From Saprospiraceae bacterium (GTDB taxonomy: Bacteria; Bacteroidota; Bacteroidia; Chitinophagales; Saprospiraceae), in assembly GCA_020627705.1 (NCBI GenBank), contig JAHDGJ010000001.1, positions 316,398-348,397 of the forward strand: a stretch of DNA of 32,000 nt, read 5' to 3'. The notes below the pieces were generated by a model. That model saw nothing but the letters and a program-made list of their open reading frames with translations, ran no database searches and was not told where the DNA came from. Below, piece after piece: positions 30,749-32,000 of this stretch. Position 1 is the first letter of the stretch, and each line of letters starts with the position of its first letter. The position numbers were made by a program, and so were the translations under genes.

Positions 30749-31228
30749 TTAGTATTCAAATGGCAATACTTCTGATTTCTTAACGGTAGATAGTGTAATG
30801 AGTGTTTTTAACCGTTCAACCTCATCAATTTGAGACAGCTTTTTAAACAACAATTCTTCATAAGCTTGAAGATCCTTACATGTTATTTTTAGAATAAAAT
30901 CAGCTTCACCCGTGATGATATAACACTCCGTAATTTCCTGAATGTCTGATACTTTTTCAATGAAGATTTCGTGTGTTTTGGCTCGTTTCCAATCCAATGA
31001 AACCAGGACAAATGTATTTACGTTGAGACCCAATTTTCTAGGATCCACTTTGGCATGATAACTTTTGACGACCTCATTGGTCTCAAGTTTCTTAACTCTC
31101 TCTAAAGTAGGAGCAGGAGAAAGTCCTATTTTTTTCGACAGATCGAGGTTGGTAATTTTACTATTCGCTTGAAGTAATTTTAAAATTCTCAAGTCTGTTT
31201 TATCCAATTTTACTTCCATTTTTGTCAT
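30749..31228 (-). CDS. Lrp/AsnC family transcriptional regulator
   Basis: LDKTDLRILKLLQANSKITNLDLSKKIGLSPAPTLERVKKLE is an AsnC-type HTH, followed by an RAM/AsnC_trans_reg domain (VLVSLD..., ITGEADFILKI). I prefer ATG 31228 (or 31219) over the track's TTG 31240. Confidence 0.88.
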   Translation of the reverse strand: MTKMEVKLDKTDLRILKLLQANSKITNLDLSKKIGLSPAPTLERVKKLETNEVVKSYHAKVDPRKLGLNVNTFVLVSLDWKRAKTHEIFIEKVSDIQEITECYIITGEADFILKITCKDLQAYEELLFKKLSQIDEVERLKTLITLSTVKKSEVLPFEY

Positions 31229-31294
31229 TATTCGATGCAAAAATAGAATAATATTCGCTCAAAAGCGCATTTAAAAGAATAATAACCTATAATT

Positions 31295-31329
31295 AAAAAG
31301 GGAGCATCCCAAACGAATGCTCCCTTTTT
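31295..31329 (-). terminator. Rho-independent terminator downstream of the glutamate dehydrogenase gene (sequence is bidirectional-capable)
   Basis: AAAAA-GGGAGCAT-(9 nt loop)-ATGCTCCC-TTTTTA. The stem arms are 31300-31307 and 31317-31324. On the minus strand the 8 bp GC-rich stem is followed by UUUUUAAUU. It begins about 25 nt after the gdh stop (31354). Confidence 0.75.
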
Positions 31330-31353
31330 ATATTTAGAAGGTAAAATCCCCCA

Positions 31354-32000
31354 CTATGGAAAGACACCTAAAGTCATATAGTCGCTGGCTACTTTATCTA
31401 TGGCACTGATAAATGCCGCCGTTCTTAAATCCTTCACGGTTTTTCTTCTTTTATAAATATCCATGATTTGCCCCAAAGAAGTAATCATTGTTTCTTCCAA
31501 ACCTGATCTTACCAAGTCAACCTCGTCGGCACCACGAACAATAATCGAACGATCTCTGTTGGTCACACGCTTTCCGGTATTTCTTTCGATTAAATCAACC
31601 AAATTCCCATAAGCATTTTGATTAAAACGTTTATCCATACGACCAAATCTCATATGTGATAGATTTTTCAACCACTCGAAATAGGAAACAGTAACCCCTC
31701 CTGCATTAATATACATATCTGGAATTATGATTACACCTTTTTTCAGAAGTATAGCTTCTGCATCGGCAGTGACAGGACCATTTGCAGCTTCTGCTATAAT
31801 TTTGGCTTTGACCTTTTTGGCGTTGTCTTTTCTAATTTGACTTTCCAATGCTGCTGGAATTAGAACATCGCATTCAATTCCTACCCAATCCTCTCTATTT
31901 TTCAATGTTTTGGTGCCCGGAAAACCTAAAAATGACTTCTTACGATTTCTATACTTAATCAACTTGTCGACATCAATCCCATCGGGATTATAAATCGTGC
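31354..32000 (-). CDS. Glutamate dehydrogenase (Glu/Leu/Phe/Val dehydrogenase family), C-terminal part; the N-terminus runs off the right edge
   Basis: CDVLIPAALESQI, IIAEAANGPVTADAEAILLKKGVIIIPDMYINAGGVTVSYFEWLKNLSH is the conserved NAD(P)-binding/C-terminal region of GDH. The frame remains open upstream of the track's TTG (31962) to position 32000 (...TIYNPDGIDVDKLIKYRN...). Confidence 0.9.
   Translation of the reverse strand, partial: TIYNPDGIDVDKLIKYRNRKKSFLGFPGTKTLKNREDWVGIECDVLIPAALESQIRKDNAKKVKAKIIAEAANGPVTADAEAILLKKGVIIIPDMYINAGGVTVSYFEWLKNLSHMRFGRMDKRFNQNAYGNLVDLIERNTGKRVTNRDRSIIVRGADEVDLVRSGLEETMITSLGQIMDIYKRRKTVKDLRTAAFISAIDKVASDYMTLGVFP

Overview
Low-GC chromosomal segment, most likely from a Bacteroidota bacterium. 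The evidence is a SusC/SusD pair, a GldC gliding-motility protein and Cys-lipoprotein signal peptides. I support 24 protein-coding genes (two cut by the window edges), one intrinsic terminator and one short tandem repeat. I saw no rRNA, tRNA, CRISPR array, transposase or integrase.

The flanks (1-8600 and 28776-32000) are housekeeping genes:
- M16 peptidase, YkuK-like protein, long RluA-family pseudouridine synthase, DUF1343/NamZ-like muramidase
- DnaQ-exonuclease/GIY-YIG fusion, GalE, a SAM methyltransferase, a LexA/CI-like HTH-S24 regulator
- GldC, a YwaF-like membrane protein, TraB/GumN, Lrp/AsnC, glutamate dehydrogenase

The centre (8797-28532, all minus strand) is a tightly packed ten-gene cluster. 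In transcription order it is: AraR-type GntR/LacI-hybrid regulator, SusC, SusD, FG-GAP/VCBS/UnbV lipoprotein, GlpD, clan GH-D alpha-galactosidase-like hydrolase, GlpK, GalK, LacZ (GH2), Na+/solute symporter.

This cluster joins outer-membrane glycan capture, two cytoplasmic galactosidases of opposite anomeric specificity, and both galactose and glycerol catabolism. That combination is what would be needed to use galactosylglycerols, such as floridoside/isofloridoside or the head groups of deacylated MGDG/DGDG galactolipids. I flag it as the main candidate for an undescribed system. The substrate assignment is inference, not something the sequence shows.

Secondary oddities:
- An exonuclease gene whose conserved Exo I motif lies upstream of any canonical start codon.
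- An RluA fusion with a Cys-motif N-terminal domain split by a long coiled coil.
- A 5x pentamer repeat in front of the regulator.
- A signal-peptide mini-ORF running antisense into galE.
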